Translations under genes and position numbers: made by a program
Shown here: positions 7,688-17,841 of the stretch, one piece after another
Layout: each line of letters begins with the position of its first letter
Numbering within the stretch: position 1 is the stretch's first letter
From: Alistipes sp.
Lineage (GTDB): Bacteria > Bacteroidota > Bacteroidia > Bacteroidales > Rikenellaceae
Direction of reading: 5' to 3'
Length of the DNA stretch: 64,000 nucleotides
Assembly (NCBI GenBank): GCA_045127275.1
Contig: JBGVPZ010000015.1
Coordinates: 28,066 to 92,065 of the forward strand
Notes under the pieces: model-generated
Databases searched by the model: none
What the model saw: only the letters and a program-made list of their open reading frames with translations
What the model was told of the DNA's origin: nothing

Positions 7688-10228
7688 CTACTGACGGGGC
7701 TGACCCACCTCGAAGCCCAGCGAGTGCATCCACTCGACCGTTGCAGCATCGACCTGCTCACTACGATCGGCCCAGGTGCCACTCTCGCCCAGTCGCTTGC
7801 GGGCCGCATCAATGCTCTCCTTGATCGGGAAGTGGGGACGACGCAGCAGCCGTCGCTGCAGACGCTCCGAGGGCCGCAGCTGTCGATCGAAGACATCCTC
7901 GCGGCTCGGACGACGATCGCCCTCCCATTTGAAGTGCTGCAAATAGAGCGACTGATCCTCCGGAATGGCGTCGATCGGGTAGATCGGCCAGACGGGGTTC
8001 GTACGATAGACAATCTTATCCAGCTGACGATCAGCCAGGTAGAACGACGCATCACCACTCTCGATGACCGCCATAAAGACCACCTCCTGCGGATAGCCAT
8101 CCTTCTGGAAGAAGATCGTCTGCACGTTGCCGTTCACATCGACGCGACGAATCTCATTCTCCTCGAAGAAGGCCTTCATCTCCTTGCCCGCGATCTGGTC
8201 ATAATAGACCGTGTCGAACTGCGAGACCATCATCGGGGTACCCACAAAGTCGGCATAGTGGAGCTTCTGATTGGCCGTATAGATATCCATCACCTCGGAG
8301 GTGATCTGATTGGTTTCGTTCCAGATGACCGGACGGATGTAGAGGTGGAGCGTCGAATCGGACGAGAGGCTCGTCATCGAGTCGCACACCGACTGGAAAT
8401 CGGTGCGATAGATGCGGACATTGCGGAAGCCCTTCATCAACCGATAGAGAGAATCGACCGCCACGACCGCCGTATCCTTCGACCGCAGGGCTACATAAAG
8501 CAAGTCGAGCGAGTCGAGACGATGCTGCAGCAGCGAATCAAACTGCCGCACATCCGCCTGATAGATCGAATCGGCCCGATCCAGGAAGGTGGAGTCGATC
8601 GTCAGCCGCTTCCCCTTGAGCAATCCCCGCTCATAGCGTGCCCGCACCTTGGCGCGTCGCTTGGCGAGTTGCTTGGCCGCCGCGATCGAGTCGCGTCGCT
8701 CCTGCTCGCGCAGCTTGGCCGTTGTCTTGGCTTGGCGAATGATGGCTATCGAGTCGAGCAGCACCTTGCGTGCGGCTGCCTTTTGTGCCCGTAGCTCTTC
8801 GCGGGCCTTGCGGGCTGCCTCCTTGGCCTGCTGCTTCTCCAGCGCACGACGCTCCTTGAGGCTCAGCGTGTCGGCCGCCACCGAATCGGCCGCAATCGAA
8901 TCCCGTTGCAGGCTATCCGCACCGACGGCCTCCTCACCCGCTCCATCGGTCGAAGTCCCGGCGGTCGAGGCTTCATCGGTCGAAGCCGCCCCTGCGGTTG
9001 TATTCAGGCCGGTAGCCAGCGCTCCATCCGGGCGTTGCAGTTGGGCCTGCTCACCCCTGCGTGCACGCGCAAGCCTCTCTGCGCCAAGGGGTTTCTCGCC
9101 CGTTGCCGGGCTCTCAACCGCCTCCTCTGCCCCCTCTGCCGAGGCCTCGGCCAGGGCTACTACTCCCGTCGAATCGGCCTGCATAAGCAGCGCATCGCCC
9201 CCTACGGGTGTTGTCAAGGCCCTGCGTAGGGCATATTCATCGGGGATCGGATCGCCCAGCCGCAGCGTATAGAGATAGATCGAGTCGCTGCGCATGAAGA
9301 GCGAGTCGGGACCCTGCTCCAGGTCGTAGTTGATGACCGACGGACGGCGGGTCAGGAAGGCGTTACCCGGCTCTTTCCAGTACTCGCCATAGTCGCCAAA
9401 GCAGAGGTTCTTGTGCTCCGTGTCGTCGATCTGCAGGTTGCCCAGCAGCAGGACATGCTCCTCGGCACGGTAATAGTCGAGCGTGTCGCTCCACAGCTCC
9501 TGCTTTTCGGTCAGCAGGTAGCCGTTGCGGGTCACCATATAGCGCGACGAGGCCTTGTCGTAGAAGCCGCGGTCGCCATAGAGGTAGTCGCCATCGACAT
9601 TCCAGATGTTCGTCCTTTCGAAGAAGAAGGCGTTGTCGGTCTGCATGTTATAGACCACCGAGTCGCCCGTCATCTCATACTCCTCGTTGCGCATCTGCAC
9701 CCGATCCACACCGATCAGCTCCTTCGTATTGGCGTAGTAGTAGCCCCGCTCGGCCTCGATCAGGTTCTCGCCGTTGATCAGCACACCGCCGTTGCCAAAT
9801 TGGCCGATGTTATCCTTCGTGTTGAAGCTGAATTGGCGCGTATAGAGCACCGCATCGCCATCGACGACCTTGACCAAGGGCGAATAGATCACCACCCGAT
9901 TCTGATCGCGGTCGTAGTCGGCCCGATCGCCATATATATAAGTGGTATTCTGGTTGATCAGCACATTGCCGAAACACTCGATGTGGGCATCCGAGTAGCG
10001 CACCGCCGAATCGCAGGTGATCACCGCGCCGTTGTGTTGCGCGGCAAAGTTCCCGACCATGAAGATCACCGAGTCGCCCTTGCGCACCGGACCCGAGAGG
10101 TCCGACTTCAGGTGGACGATCTTCGTCTCGACCTGCTCCTCGTCGGGCAGCAGCATCATCCCTCCGCGTGCGAAGAGCAGCGTGCCAAAGAGGCCCAACA
10201 CCAAACCTATGCAGAGAATCCGTCGCAC
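7688..10228 (-). CDS. OstA-like (LptA/LptD N-terminal beta-jellyroll) protein
   Basis: Signal peptide; GNFAAQHNGAVITCDSA, repeated DS/GD beta-taco motifs, QSVCDSM, YDQIAGKEM; downstream of the surA-like gene as usual in Bacteroidota. Confidence 0.85.
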   Translation of the reverse strand: MRRILCIGLVLGLFGTLLFARGGMMLLPDEEQVETKIVHLKSDLSGPVRKGDSVIFMVGNFAAQHNGAVITCDSAVRYSDAHIECFGNVLINQNTTYIYGDRADYDRDQNRVVIYSPLVKVVDGDAVLYTRQFSFNTKDNIGQFGNGGVLINGENLIEAERGYYYANTKELIGVDRVQMRNEEYEMTGDSVVYNMQTDNAFFFERTNIWNVDGDYLYGDRGFYDKASSRYMVTRNGYLLTEKQELWSDTLDYYRAEEHVLLLGNLQIDDTEHKNLCFGDYGEYWKEPGNAFLTRRPSVINYDLEQGPDSLFMRSDSIYLYTLRLGDPIPDEYALRRALTTPVGGDALLMQADSTGVVALAEASAEGAEEAVESPATGEKPLGAERLARARRGEQAQLQRPDGALATGLNTTAGAASTDEASTAGTSTDGAGEEAVGADSLQRDSIAADSVAADTLSLKERRALEKQQAKEAARKAREELRAQKAAARKVLLDSIAIIRQAKTTAKLREQERRDSIAAAKQLAKRRAKVRARYERGLLKGKRLTIDSTFLDRADSIYQADVRQFDSLLQHRLDSLDLLYVALRSKDTAVVAVDSLYRLMKGFRNVRIYRTDFQSVCDSMTSLSSDSTLHLYIRPVIWNETNQITSEVMDIYTANQKLHYADFVGTPMMVSQFDTVYYDQIAGKEMKAFFEENEIRRVDVNGNVQTIFFQKDGYPQEVVFMAVIESGDASFYLADRQLDKIVYRTNPVWPIYPIDAIPEDQSLYLQHFKWEGDRRPSREDVFDRQLRPSERLQRRLLRRPHFPIKESIDAARKRLGESGTWADRSEQVDAATVEWMHSLGFEVGQPRQ

Positions 10229-10231
10229 AGC

Positions 10232-11638
10232 CTATCGTACCCAGTGTTTGTTCTCAAATGCCCCGTCGCGGAACTCGGGATCGATGTGCACATACATGCC
10301 GTCGATCTTCTCCGAGAGCCATTCATTGAGGATACGCTCCTTCTTGGCCGCCACGGCCATCTCCTCCAACCGCAGGTAGTCCTCCTCGATCGAGGCGGCA
10401 TGGGTCGGGATCACCTCCACGAGCTTGACGATCTTGGCCAGCTGGTTCTGCATCACATCTTCGGTCAGGTAGGAGCTCGACACCTCACCGGGCTTCAGAC
10501 GCACCAGGTGGTTGTAGTCGTCGAGTGCCCCGAAGTGGGCAAAGTCCTCGCGCAGGAAGCGCGTGACGGTCAGCTTGGCATCGAAGGCCTGGTAGCGCTC
10601 CAGGATGTCGTGGTTCGAGACGATACCACCATTCATGCGCGAATTCTTGTCGTCCGAATGGTCATAGGCCGCCTTCTCGAAGGTGATCGAGTCGGCCCGA
10701 ATCAGCGTAGCCAGCGAGTCGAGCATGGTCAGCGACTCGGTCAATTCATCGGCCGTATAGGAGGGACGCAGCAGGATATGACGGAAGTGGTAGAGCTGTC
10801 CGTGTTTGTCGAGTAGCTGGATGATGTGGAAGCCGAACTGCGACTCTACGACCTCCGAGATCTGCCCCTCGCGCAGCTGCTCCAGGGCATCGGCAAAGGC
10901 CGCATCCAGACTGGCCAGCGGCGAAGGATCCATCTCACCCCCTCGCAGGGCCGTACCCGGGTCTTGCGAATACATGCGGGCCAGATTCTCGAACTTGGCC
11001 TGACCGTTGATCACACGCGAACGCATCTCCAACAGACGCTCGCGCGTGCGCTGCTTGGCCTCGGTCATCGACTTGGGGAACTTCGTGATGTGGGCATAGA
11101 CATACTGCTCGGCCACCATCGGCAGCGAATCCTGCGGAATCGACTTGTAGAACTGCTCCACCTCACCGGGCGTGACAGCCACCTTGCCGATGACCGTCTG
11201 CTGCATCATCTGGGCATAGCTCTGCTCCTCCATCTGGCGGTGCAGCATCTCGCGGATGTTGAAGATCGCCATGTGGTGCTTGGCCTCGAGTGCCGAGATC
11301 GAACCCTCCTGCTCGATCATCATCTGCAGCTGATCCTCCACGCGTGCCAGGATGTCGGCATCGCTCACCTGCACCGAGTCGATCTGACCCTGGTGGTAGA
11401 GCAATTTACGGGTCATCAGTGCCTCCAGCGCCTCGTTCATCGGGTCGCGGTCGGAGGTATATCCCTGCTGGCGACGCTGCTCAACGAGTTGTGCAGCATG
11501 CTCCTCGACCTCCGAATAGAGGATCGACGAGGCTCCCACCACGGCAACCACCTTGTCGAGCATCACCTGCCGCTTCTGGGCAAAAAGTGCCGTCAGCACA
11601 CCAACGGCCACACATAGCATTGTAATCTTCTTCAACAT
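10232..11638 (-). CDS. SurA-like peptidyl-prolyl isomerase/chaperone
   Basis: LDKVVAVVG SurA N-terminus; parvulin motifs FENLARMYSQDPG..GG and SEVVESQFGFHIIQL. Confidence 0.9.
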   Translation of the reverse strand: MLKKITMLCVAVGVLTALFAQKRQVMLDKVVAVVGASSILYSEVEEHAAQLVEQRRQQGYTSDRDPMNEALEALMTRKLLYHQGQIDSVQVSDADILARVEDQLQMMIEQEGSISALEAKHHMAIFNIREMLHRQMEEQSYAQMMQQTVIGKVAVTPGEVEQFYKSIPQDSLPMVAEQYVYAHITKFPKSMTEAKQRTRERLLEMRSRVINGQAKFENLARMYSQDPGTALRGGEMDPSPLASLDAAFADALEQLREGQISEVVESQFGFHIIQLLDKHGQLYHFRHILLRPSYTADELTESLTMLDSLATLIRADSITFEKAAYDHSDDKNSRMNGGIVSNHDILERYQAFDAKLTVTRFLREDFAHFGALDDYNHLVRLKPGEVSSSYLTEDVMQNQLAKIVKLVEVIPTHAASIEEDYLRLEEMAVAAKKERILNEWLSEKIDGMYVHIDPEFRDGAFENKHWVR

Positions 11639-11651
11639 ATCTCTCTTTTAC

Positions 11652-12548
11652 TTATTCTTGTTCGTTAGCCTCCTCGGCAGCCTCCTCGTAGAGTTTCACC
11701 GTACCCTCCAGCAGAGCCGCCTCGTAGAGTTCGGCCTCGTGGTCGCGGATCAGCTGCTGCTGACGCTGATTGAAGAGGATGCGCCGAATCGTCGGACGCA
11801 ATTGTTCGATCGGAGTCGACTCACCCGGACGGCGCACCTGCTCGATCACAAAATAATAGTGCGAGGCCTGGTCGCTCATCTGTTGCACCTTACGGCTATT
11901 GAGCAGCCCCTCGTAGCTCTGTTTGCGCACCGTGGGCAGCAGACTCAAGAAGTCGCTATAGGCCACCCACCGTTCGTCAAAATCGTTCAGTTCAAACTCA
12001 TTTTTGAGGCAGATATCCCGAAAATCCTGCTGATCGCGCTCGCGGGTGCTCTCCATCAGTTCGCGCAGCCGTCGTTGCTGGCGATAGCTCTTCGGGAAGC
12101 GTACCACCCGCCCCTTCACCACCGTGTGGTCGAGCCGGAAATCCTGCTGATGCTCGGTGTAATAGGTAGCAATCTGCCCGTCGGTGAAGGTCGTATCGAC
12201 CAACCGATCGACGTAGTGCTGTTCGAGTTTGCGGATCAACAACGCCTGCCGATACTCCTCGACCATGCGGTCGATATCCGCTCCGGAGGCCGAGAAGAGT
12301 TGCTCTGCCTCATTGAGTTTGAGTTGTTTGCGCACCCAGCGGTCGATATAGACCTTAGCATAGGCTGCACTGTCATTCCCACGGACCCCTTCGGGCAGCG
12401 ATGCAGCCACCTCACTCAGCGTCAGTTCCCGATCGCCCACCTTGGCAAGCGGCTCATCGGAGGCAAAATAGCGCGGCAGCTCCTGACAACCATACAGGAA
12501 CACCACGGCGAGTGCCAGCAAACGATAGATCGAACTCATCATGCGCAT
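11652..12548 (-). CDS. Lipoprotein, PPIase/chaperone-like, of the surA cluster
   Basis: Lipobox LYGC; LAKVGDREL and YIDRWVRKQL; start moved from TTG 12560 because a -7 element (TATCTTTG) lies at 12558-12565. Confidence 0.75.
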   Translation of the reverse strand: MRMMSSIYRLLALAVVFLYGCQELPRYFASDEPLAKVGDRELTLSEVAASLPEGVRGNDSAAYAKVYIDRWVRKQLKLNEAEQLFSASGADIDRMVEEYRQALLIRKLEQHYVDRLVDTTFTDGQIATYYTEHQQDFRLDHTVVKGRVVRFPKSYRQQRRLRELMESTRERDQQDFRDICLKNEFELNDFDERWVAYSDFLSLLPTVRKQSYEGLLNSRKVQQMSDQASHYYFVIEQVRRPGESTPIEQLRPTIRRILFNQRQQQLIRDHEAELYEAALLEGTVKLYEEAAEEANEQE

Positions 12549-12605
12549 ATCAAGGGGCAAAGATAGCTATTTTTACCGGATTTAACGCACCCAAAGGGTG
12601 CTTTA

Positions 12606-13463
12606 TTATTCGACGACCGTTTTTTTCTCGCCGGAAGCCGTTCTGCGAGCCTTACACCAAAGCCATCCGATCGAGCAGACGGTCACCCCAAGCGCCACTG
12701 CGTAGGCCACCGCATAGAGCCACGGATGGCCCGCCAAGAGGTCCGAAAAGCCCACCTGATCGTAGCCGTACAACAAGAACAGATAGGCCGTCAGGTTGTT
12801 GGCTGCATGGAGCAAAATGGGAGCCCAAAGCGTTCGGCTGATGGCATAGACAAAGGCCAGCACCAGACCCATCATCGTGGCGTTGATCACCGCCACCGGA
12901 TGCACATGCAGGATGCCGAAAAAGAGGGCCGAAAGCACCACCGCCAAGGTCGTTCCGTAGCGTTGCCGCAGCGACCCGAACAGCACGCCTCGGCAGATAT
13001 ACTCCTCGCCCAGCGGCGCCACTACAACCAACGCCAAGAAAGTCCCTAGACCACTTCCAACCTGCTGATCAAGAGGAGGAAAGAGTTCAAAGAGCGGCTC
13101 GAGCACAATGCCCGAGGTGAGCATCACCACAAAGGCCCACCCCATCAGCAGCAGGTTGATCTTCCGCCACGTAAAGGGGATGCGCAGCGAGACGGCCGAC
13201 CGCCGGCGACGATACCACTGATAAAAGCCCGCCGTCAGCGACAAGGAGAGCAGACTAGTCACCGCCAGGTAATAGCCCTTGACCGTATCGGGCAGGTCTT
13301 GGATCCCGTAGCCCAAAATGAGCAGTACGAGGGTCGAGACCACCATCACGGAGATCAAAATTGTGAAATAGACGCCCAGCATGAGCAACAGATCCCATGC
13401 CGTCGGAAAGTTTGATCGGGCAGCAACAGGCAACTTGCCACCCTGCTCCTTCATTTCGTCCAT
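12606..13463 (-). CDS. CPBP family intramembrane metalloprotease (CAAX/Abi)
   Basis: APLGEEYICRG, FFGILH and LLHAANN motifs; multiple TM helices. Confidence 0.9.
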   Translation of the reverse strand: MDEMKEQGGKLPVAARSNFPTAWDLLLMLGVYFTILISVMVVSTLVLLILGYGIQDLPDTVKGYYLAVTSLLSLSLTAGFYQWYRRRRSAVSLRIPFTWRKINLLLMGWAFVVMLTSGIVLEPLFELFPPLDQQVGSGLGTFLALVVVAPLGEEYICRGVLFGSLRQRYGTTLAVVLSALFFGILHVHPVAVINATMMGLVLAFVYAISRTLWAPILLHAANNLTAYLFLLYGYDQVGFSDLLAGHPWLYAVAYAVALGVTVCSIGWLWCKARRTASGEKKTVVE

Positions 13464-13581
13464 AATAGCTCTTCTTTGGTTATTTAGCCTCCAAAGATAA
13501 GCAATTTTCGGCGATAGTTATTTTTTTTCGTAGAAAATGTGTAATTTTGTCCCGAATTGTAAATTTACGAAAAACTACCCT

Positions 13582-14346
13582 ATGGCAAAAGTTATCGCAT
13601 TAGCCAACCAAAAAGGCGGCGTAGGCAAGACCACCACCGCAATCAACCTGGCAGCCTCTCTGGCCCTGCTCGGCAAGCGTGTGTTGTTGCTCGACGCTGA
13701 CCCGCAAGCCAATGCCACCTCGGGCCTGGGTTTCGATATCAACCTCGAAGGCATCTACGAGTGTATCTCCGGGTCGCGTACGGCCGAGGAGGTGATGCTC
13801 CAAAGCCCCGATGTGAAGAAGTTGTGGCTGCTCCCCTCGTCGATCGACTTGGTGGCCGCCGACACCGAATTGTCCAAGCGTGAAAATGCTCACTTCGTGA
13901 TCAAGCAGATCGTCGATAGCGTGCGCGAGAAGTTCGACTACATCTTCATCGACTGCTCGCCCTCGCTCGGTTATACGACGCTCAACATCCTCACGGCGGC
14001 CGATTCGGTATTGATTCCCGTACAGTGCGAATACCTCGCATTGGAGGGCCTGTCGAAGCTCCTGCACACGATCCGCAAGGTCAAATCATCGCTCAATCCG
14101 GGGCTCGAAATCGAGGGTTTCCTGCTGACGATGTACATGCGTAACCGACTGAACAATCAGGTCGTTACGGAGGTGCGCAACCACTTTGGAGAATTGGCCT
14201 ACGAGACCATCATCCAACGCAACATCCGCCTGGGCGAAGCCCCCTCACACGGCAAGCCGGTGATGTTGTACGATGCCTCGGCAGCCGGCTCGGTGAGCTA
14301 CTTGGCATTGGCCCGCGAATTTCTCAAACGCAACAAGAAAAAGTAA
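13582..14346 (+). CDS. parA: ParA/Soj family ATPase
   Basis: [36 protein letters not shown]. Confidence 0.95.
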   Translation: MAKVIALANQKGGVGKTTTAINLAASLALLGKRVLLLDADPQANATSGLGFDINLEGIYECISGSRTAEEVMLQSPDVKKLWLLPSSIDLVAADTELSKRENAHFVIKQIVDSVREKFDYIFIDCSPSLGYTTLNILTAADSVLIPVQCEYLALEGLSKLLHTIRKVKSSLNPGLEIEGFLLTMYMRNRLNNQVVTEVRNHFGELAYETIIQRNIRLGEAPSHGKPVMLYDASAAGSVSYLALAREFLKRNKKK

Positions 14347-14352
14347 TACGAT

Positions 14353-15222
14353 ATGAAACAAACCAAAGGTTTAGGGCGTGGCTTGGATGCCATCTTCGGC
14401 AGCGAGAAGCCCGAACTGAAGGCCAAACCGATGGCCCGCATGGCCGAGTTGGCGATCGACCAGATCATCCCCAACCCGACCCAGCCGCGTACCGAATTCG
14501 ACGAGGAGGCCCTCGATGAGTTGGCCGACTCGATCCGTCAGCTGGGCATCATCCAGCCCATCACGGTGCGCAAGCACGACGACGGCCGCTACGTGATCAT
14601 CAGCGGTGAGCGTCGCTGGCGTGCCGCCCAACGTGCCGACCTGAAGCAGTTGCCGGTCTATATCCGCGAAGTCGATGACGAGAATCTGCACGCCATGGCA
14701 CTCGTTGAGAACATCCAGCGTGAGGACCTGAATGCCATCGAAATAGCCCTCGGCATGCAGCGTCTGATCGAGGAGTGCAACCTCACCCAAGACGCCCTTT
14801 CGGAGAAGGTGGGCAAGAAGCGTTCGTCGGTGGCCAACTACCTGCGTCTGCTCAAGCTGCCCAACGAGGTACAGCTCGCCCTCAAGGAGGGTCTGATCTC
14901 GATGGGTCATGCCAAGGCGCTGGCCGGAGCACCCGATCAAGAGCAGTTGCGCCTGCTCAAACGCACGCTCAAGAAGGGTCTTTCGGTCCGTCAGACCGAG
15001 GAGTTGGTACGCGCCTGCAACAACCGTCCGGAGCCTGCGCAAGCCACCTCGGAAGAGGAAGAATATCCCGAAAGCTACCTCCGGCTGGTCGAGCAGCTGG
15101 AGCGTCTGTTCAGCCCGGAGATTGCCATCAAACGCGCCAAAAACGGTGGTGGCAAGATCACGATTGGCTTTGCAGACGACCGCGAAATCGACCAATTCAT
15201 CGAACGACTGAAGGCTCGCTAA
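14353..15222 (+). CDS. parB: ParB/Spo0J partition protein
   Basis: GLGRGLDA, PNPTQPR, ISGERRWRA, ENIQREDL, HTH. Confidence 0.95.
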   Translation: MKQTKGLGRGLDAIFGSEKPELKAKPMARMAELAIDQIIPNPTQPRTEFDEEALDELADSIRQLGIIQPITVRKHDDGRYVIISGERRWRAAQRADLKQLPVYIREVDDENLHAMALVENIQREDLNAIEIALGMQRLIEECNLTQDALSEKVGKKRSSVANYLRLLKLPNEVQLALKEGLISMGHAKALAGAPDQEQLRLLKRTLKKGLSVRQTEELVRACNNRPEPAQATSEEEEYPESYLRLVEQLERLFSPEIAIKRAKNGGGKITIGFADDREIDQFIERLKAR

Positions 15223-15226
15223 CACC

Positions 15227-16399
15227 ATGAAAATCCTTCGGATCACACTGCTGACACTCTGCCTGCTGATTGGCTGGTTCGTCGAGTCCGCCTCGGCACA
15301 GATCCGCATGCCCCGAGGTGAACGTCAGATGGTGCGCAAGGGGTTGTTCCAACAGGTCGATTCGCTGCAACAACAAGCCGATTCGCTCGCGCTGGCCAAC
15401 CTGCTCCTGCAGATCGACTCCGCCTTCGCAGCCGAATACCAAAGTGACTCGATCGCTCTCAATGCCTTGCGTACGGACGAGGGTAGCGAATTGGATTCGC
15501 TGGCTGCCGTCCAATTCTTGACCGGGGGCATCAAAACCGACACCACCCGAACGCTCTTCCGCGAAGGGTGGTTCATGAGCGACTCCATGGGGCTCTCGAA
15601 GGTCTGCTGGATGTCGGCCGTCGTGCCCGGCTACGGACAGATCTACAACAAGCAATATTGGAAGTTGCCGATCCTCTACGGTACGCTTTTCGGTGGTTTG
15701 GCCCTCTACATCAACGAGAACAAGACCTACAAACCACTCAAGGAGACCTACGACGCCATGACCGACATCAGCATGGAGCGTACGCCCGAGTTGGATGCCC
15801 TGCAGACCAAGATGATCCGCAGCAACACCAAGCGACAGATCTATCTCGGCGTGACGATCGCCTCCTACATCTACTTCATCGGCGATGCGGCGGTCAATTA
15901 TACGACCAACGACGTCTCGGATGTCAAGAAGGCTACCACACTGGCCTGCATCTGCCCGGGTGCGGGTCAAATCTACAACCAGAGCTATTGGAAGGTACCC
16001 TTCGTCATCGGCGGTTTTGCCACGTTGGGCTACTGTATCGACTGGAACAACCGTGGCTACCAACGCTTCAAGAAGGCCTATAAACTCTTGGCCGAATACG
16101 AAGCCAACCCGGAGGCCTTCCCCAACGGTCCCACGGACGAGTTCCGAGGACGCTACTCGGCCACCTTCATCCGCAACCTGCGCAACAACTATCGACGCAA
16201 CCGCGACTTGTGTATCATCCTGACCGGAGCGATGTACGTTCTGCAGATCGTCGATGCCCACGTCGATGCCCATTTGAAGGATTACGATATCTCAGACGAC
16301 TTGTCAATGAATATCGAGCCGATGATCGACTACACGTATCTGCCCACCGAAGGGAACCATCGCCCGGTGGTCGGCTTCAACATGAGCATCAATTTTTAA
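15227..16399 (+). CDS. DUF5683-domain protein (two tandem domains)
   Basis: Two copies of PGxGQIYNxxYWKxP; C-terminal VDAHVDAHL; follows parB as in Bacteroidota. Confidence 0.8.
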   Translation: MKILRITLLTLCLLIGWFVESASAQIRMPRGERQMVRKGLFQQVDSLQQQADSLALANLLLQIDSAFAAEYQSDSIALNALRTDEGSELDSLAAVQFLTGGIKTDTTRTLFREGWFMSDSMGLSKVCWMSAVVPGYGQIYNKQYWKLPILYGTLFGGLALYINENKTYKPLKETYDAMTDISMERTPELDALQTKMIRSNTKRQIYLGVTIASYIYFIGDAAVNYTTNDVSDVKKATTLACICPGAGQIYNQSYWKVPFVIGGFATLGYCIDWNNRGYQRFKKAYKLLAEYEANPEAFPNGPTDEFRGRYSATFIRNLRNNYRRNRDLCIILTGAMYVLQIVDAHVDAHLKDYDISDDLSMNIEPMIDYTYLPTEGNHRPVVGFNMSINF

Positions 16400-16450
16400 G
16401 TTCACAACTTTTTCTCACCCTTTTAAGACCCGATTTTTCCACTTTTTAAG

Positions 16451-17839
16451 ATGAAAAAACCGCTCCTTATACTGCTGCTACTCTCGCTCGTCTTCGAGGC
16501 CACGTCGGCCGACATCTTCGGTAAACGCAAGAATAAAAAGCGTAAAAAAGCCAAGACTGAGCAGGTGGACAGCTCGACCCTTGTACAGCCAGCACCCGAG
16601 GCCAAACCCCGCAAGAAGAAGCAGGAGGAGGCACAACCAGCCGCACCCATAGTGACAGATCTGACCCTGAAGCTCACGGCCGAAGAGGCCGATTCGCTGG
16701 TAGCGGCTTGGTATGAATACTGCCAGACGGTCAAATACGACGACTATTTCAACCGCATCATCTGCGCCGAGGAGGTCACCATCACCGGCACCGACGAGGC
16801 TGCATGGGCCCAGAAAGATGCCCTCTACAAGCAGCGTCTGCAGGATCTGGTTTCGCCCATTCCGCTGGCCTACAACCGTCCGGTGCGCGATCGCATCACG
16901 GGCTATGTCGAGAAGTGGCCGGCCACAACGAGCCGCATCATCGGGCTTTCACAACTCTACTTCCCGATGATCGAGGAGGAGCTGCTGCGCAACGACCTGC
17001 CGATCGAACTTCGTGCCCTGCCGATCATCGAGTCGGCCATGCAGACTGGAGCCGTTTCGCGAGCTGCAGCCGTCGGTCTGTGGCAATTCATCGCCTCGAC
17101 GGGTAAGAGCTACGGCCTGGAGATCAACTCGCTGGTCGATGAGCGCCGTGACCCGTTGCGTTCGACCGAAGCCGCCTGTCGCTTCTTGAAGGATCTCTAT
17201 CGCATCTATGGTGATTGGACCTTGGTCATTGCTGCCTACAACTGCGGCCCGGGCAATGTAAACAAGGCGTTGGCCCGTTCGGGTGGTAAGACCTTCTGGC
17301 AGATCTACGACTACCTGCCCCATGAGACCCGAGGCTATGTGCCGGCCTTCATCGCCGCCACCTATGCCTTCAACTACCACCGTCAGCACGGCATCGAGCC
17401 GACGCCCAGCCCCATTCCGTTGGCGTTGGACACGATCAAGGTGCACCGCATCACCCACTTCGAGCAGATCGCATCGACCATTGATGTGAAGGTCGAGACC
17501 CTGCGTCAGCTCAACCCGCAATACCGTCTCGACATCATCCCCGCCTCGACCAAGCCCTATACGCTGGTATTACCCCAGCGCAACGTGGCGCAATACATCG
17601 AGCACGAGGAGGCCATCATGGCCAAGGATTCGCTCTACCTGAAGGAGTATCTGAATCCGACCAACCTGGACAAGAAACGCCAAGAGCAGTCGGTGATCAT
17701 CTATCGCGTCAAGCGCGGTGACACGCTGGGTGGCATTGCCCGTCGTCACGGTGTGACAGTCAAACAACTCATGCGCTGGAACGGCATCAAGAATGCCGCC
17801 CGCATCCGCGAGGGTCAGCGCCTCCGCATCGAAAAATAG
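16451..17839 (+). CDS. mltD: Lytic transglycosylase with LysM domain (MltD-like)
   Basis: LPIIES, AVGLWQF and AAYNCG SLT motifs; C-terminal LysM YRVKRGDTL..IA. Confidence 0.88.
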   Translation: MKKPLLILLLLSLVFEATSADIFGKRKNKKRKKAKTEQVDSSTLVQPAPEAKPRKKKQEEAQPAAPIVTDLTLKLTAEEADSLVAAWYEYCQTVKYDDYFNRIICAEEVTITGTDEAAWAQKDALYKQRLQDLVSPIPLAYNRPVRDRITGYVEKWPATTSRIIGLSQLYFPMIEEELLRNDLPIELRALPIIESAMQTGAVSRAAAVGLWQFIASTGKSYGLEINSLVDERRDPLRSTEAACRFLKDLYRIYGDWTLVIAAYNCGPGNVNKALARSGGKTFWQIYDYLPHETRGYVPAFIAATYAFNYHRQHGIEPTPSPIPLALDTIKVHRITHFEQIASTIDVKVETLRQLNPQYRLDIIPASTKPYTLVLPQRNVAQYIEHEEAIMAKDSLYLKEYLNPTNLDKKRQEQSVIIYRVKRGDTLGGIARRHGVTVKQLMRWNGIKNAARIREGQRLRIEK

Positions 17840-17841
17840 GT

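Noticed and set aside
15227-16399. Internal duplication in the DUF5683 protein as a novelty
   Set aside because: A simple tandem domain in a conserved parAB-linked gene, with no sign of a distinct system
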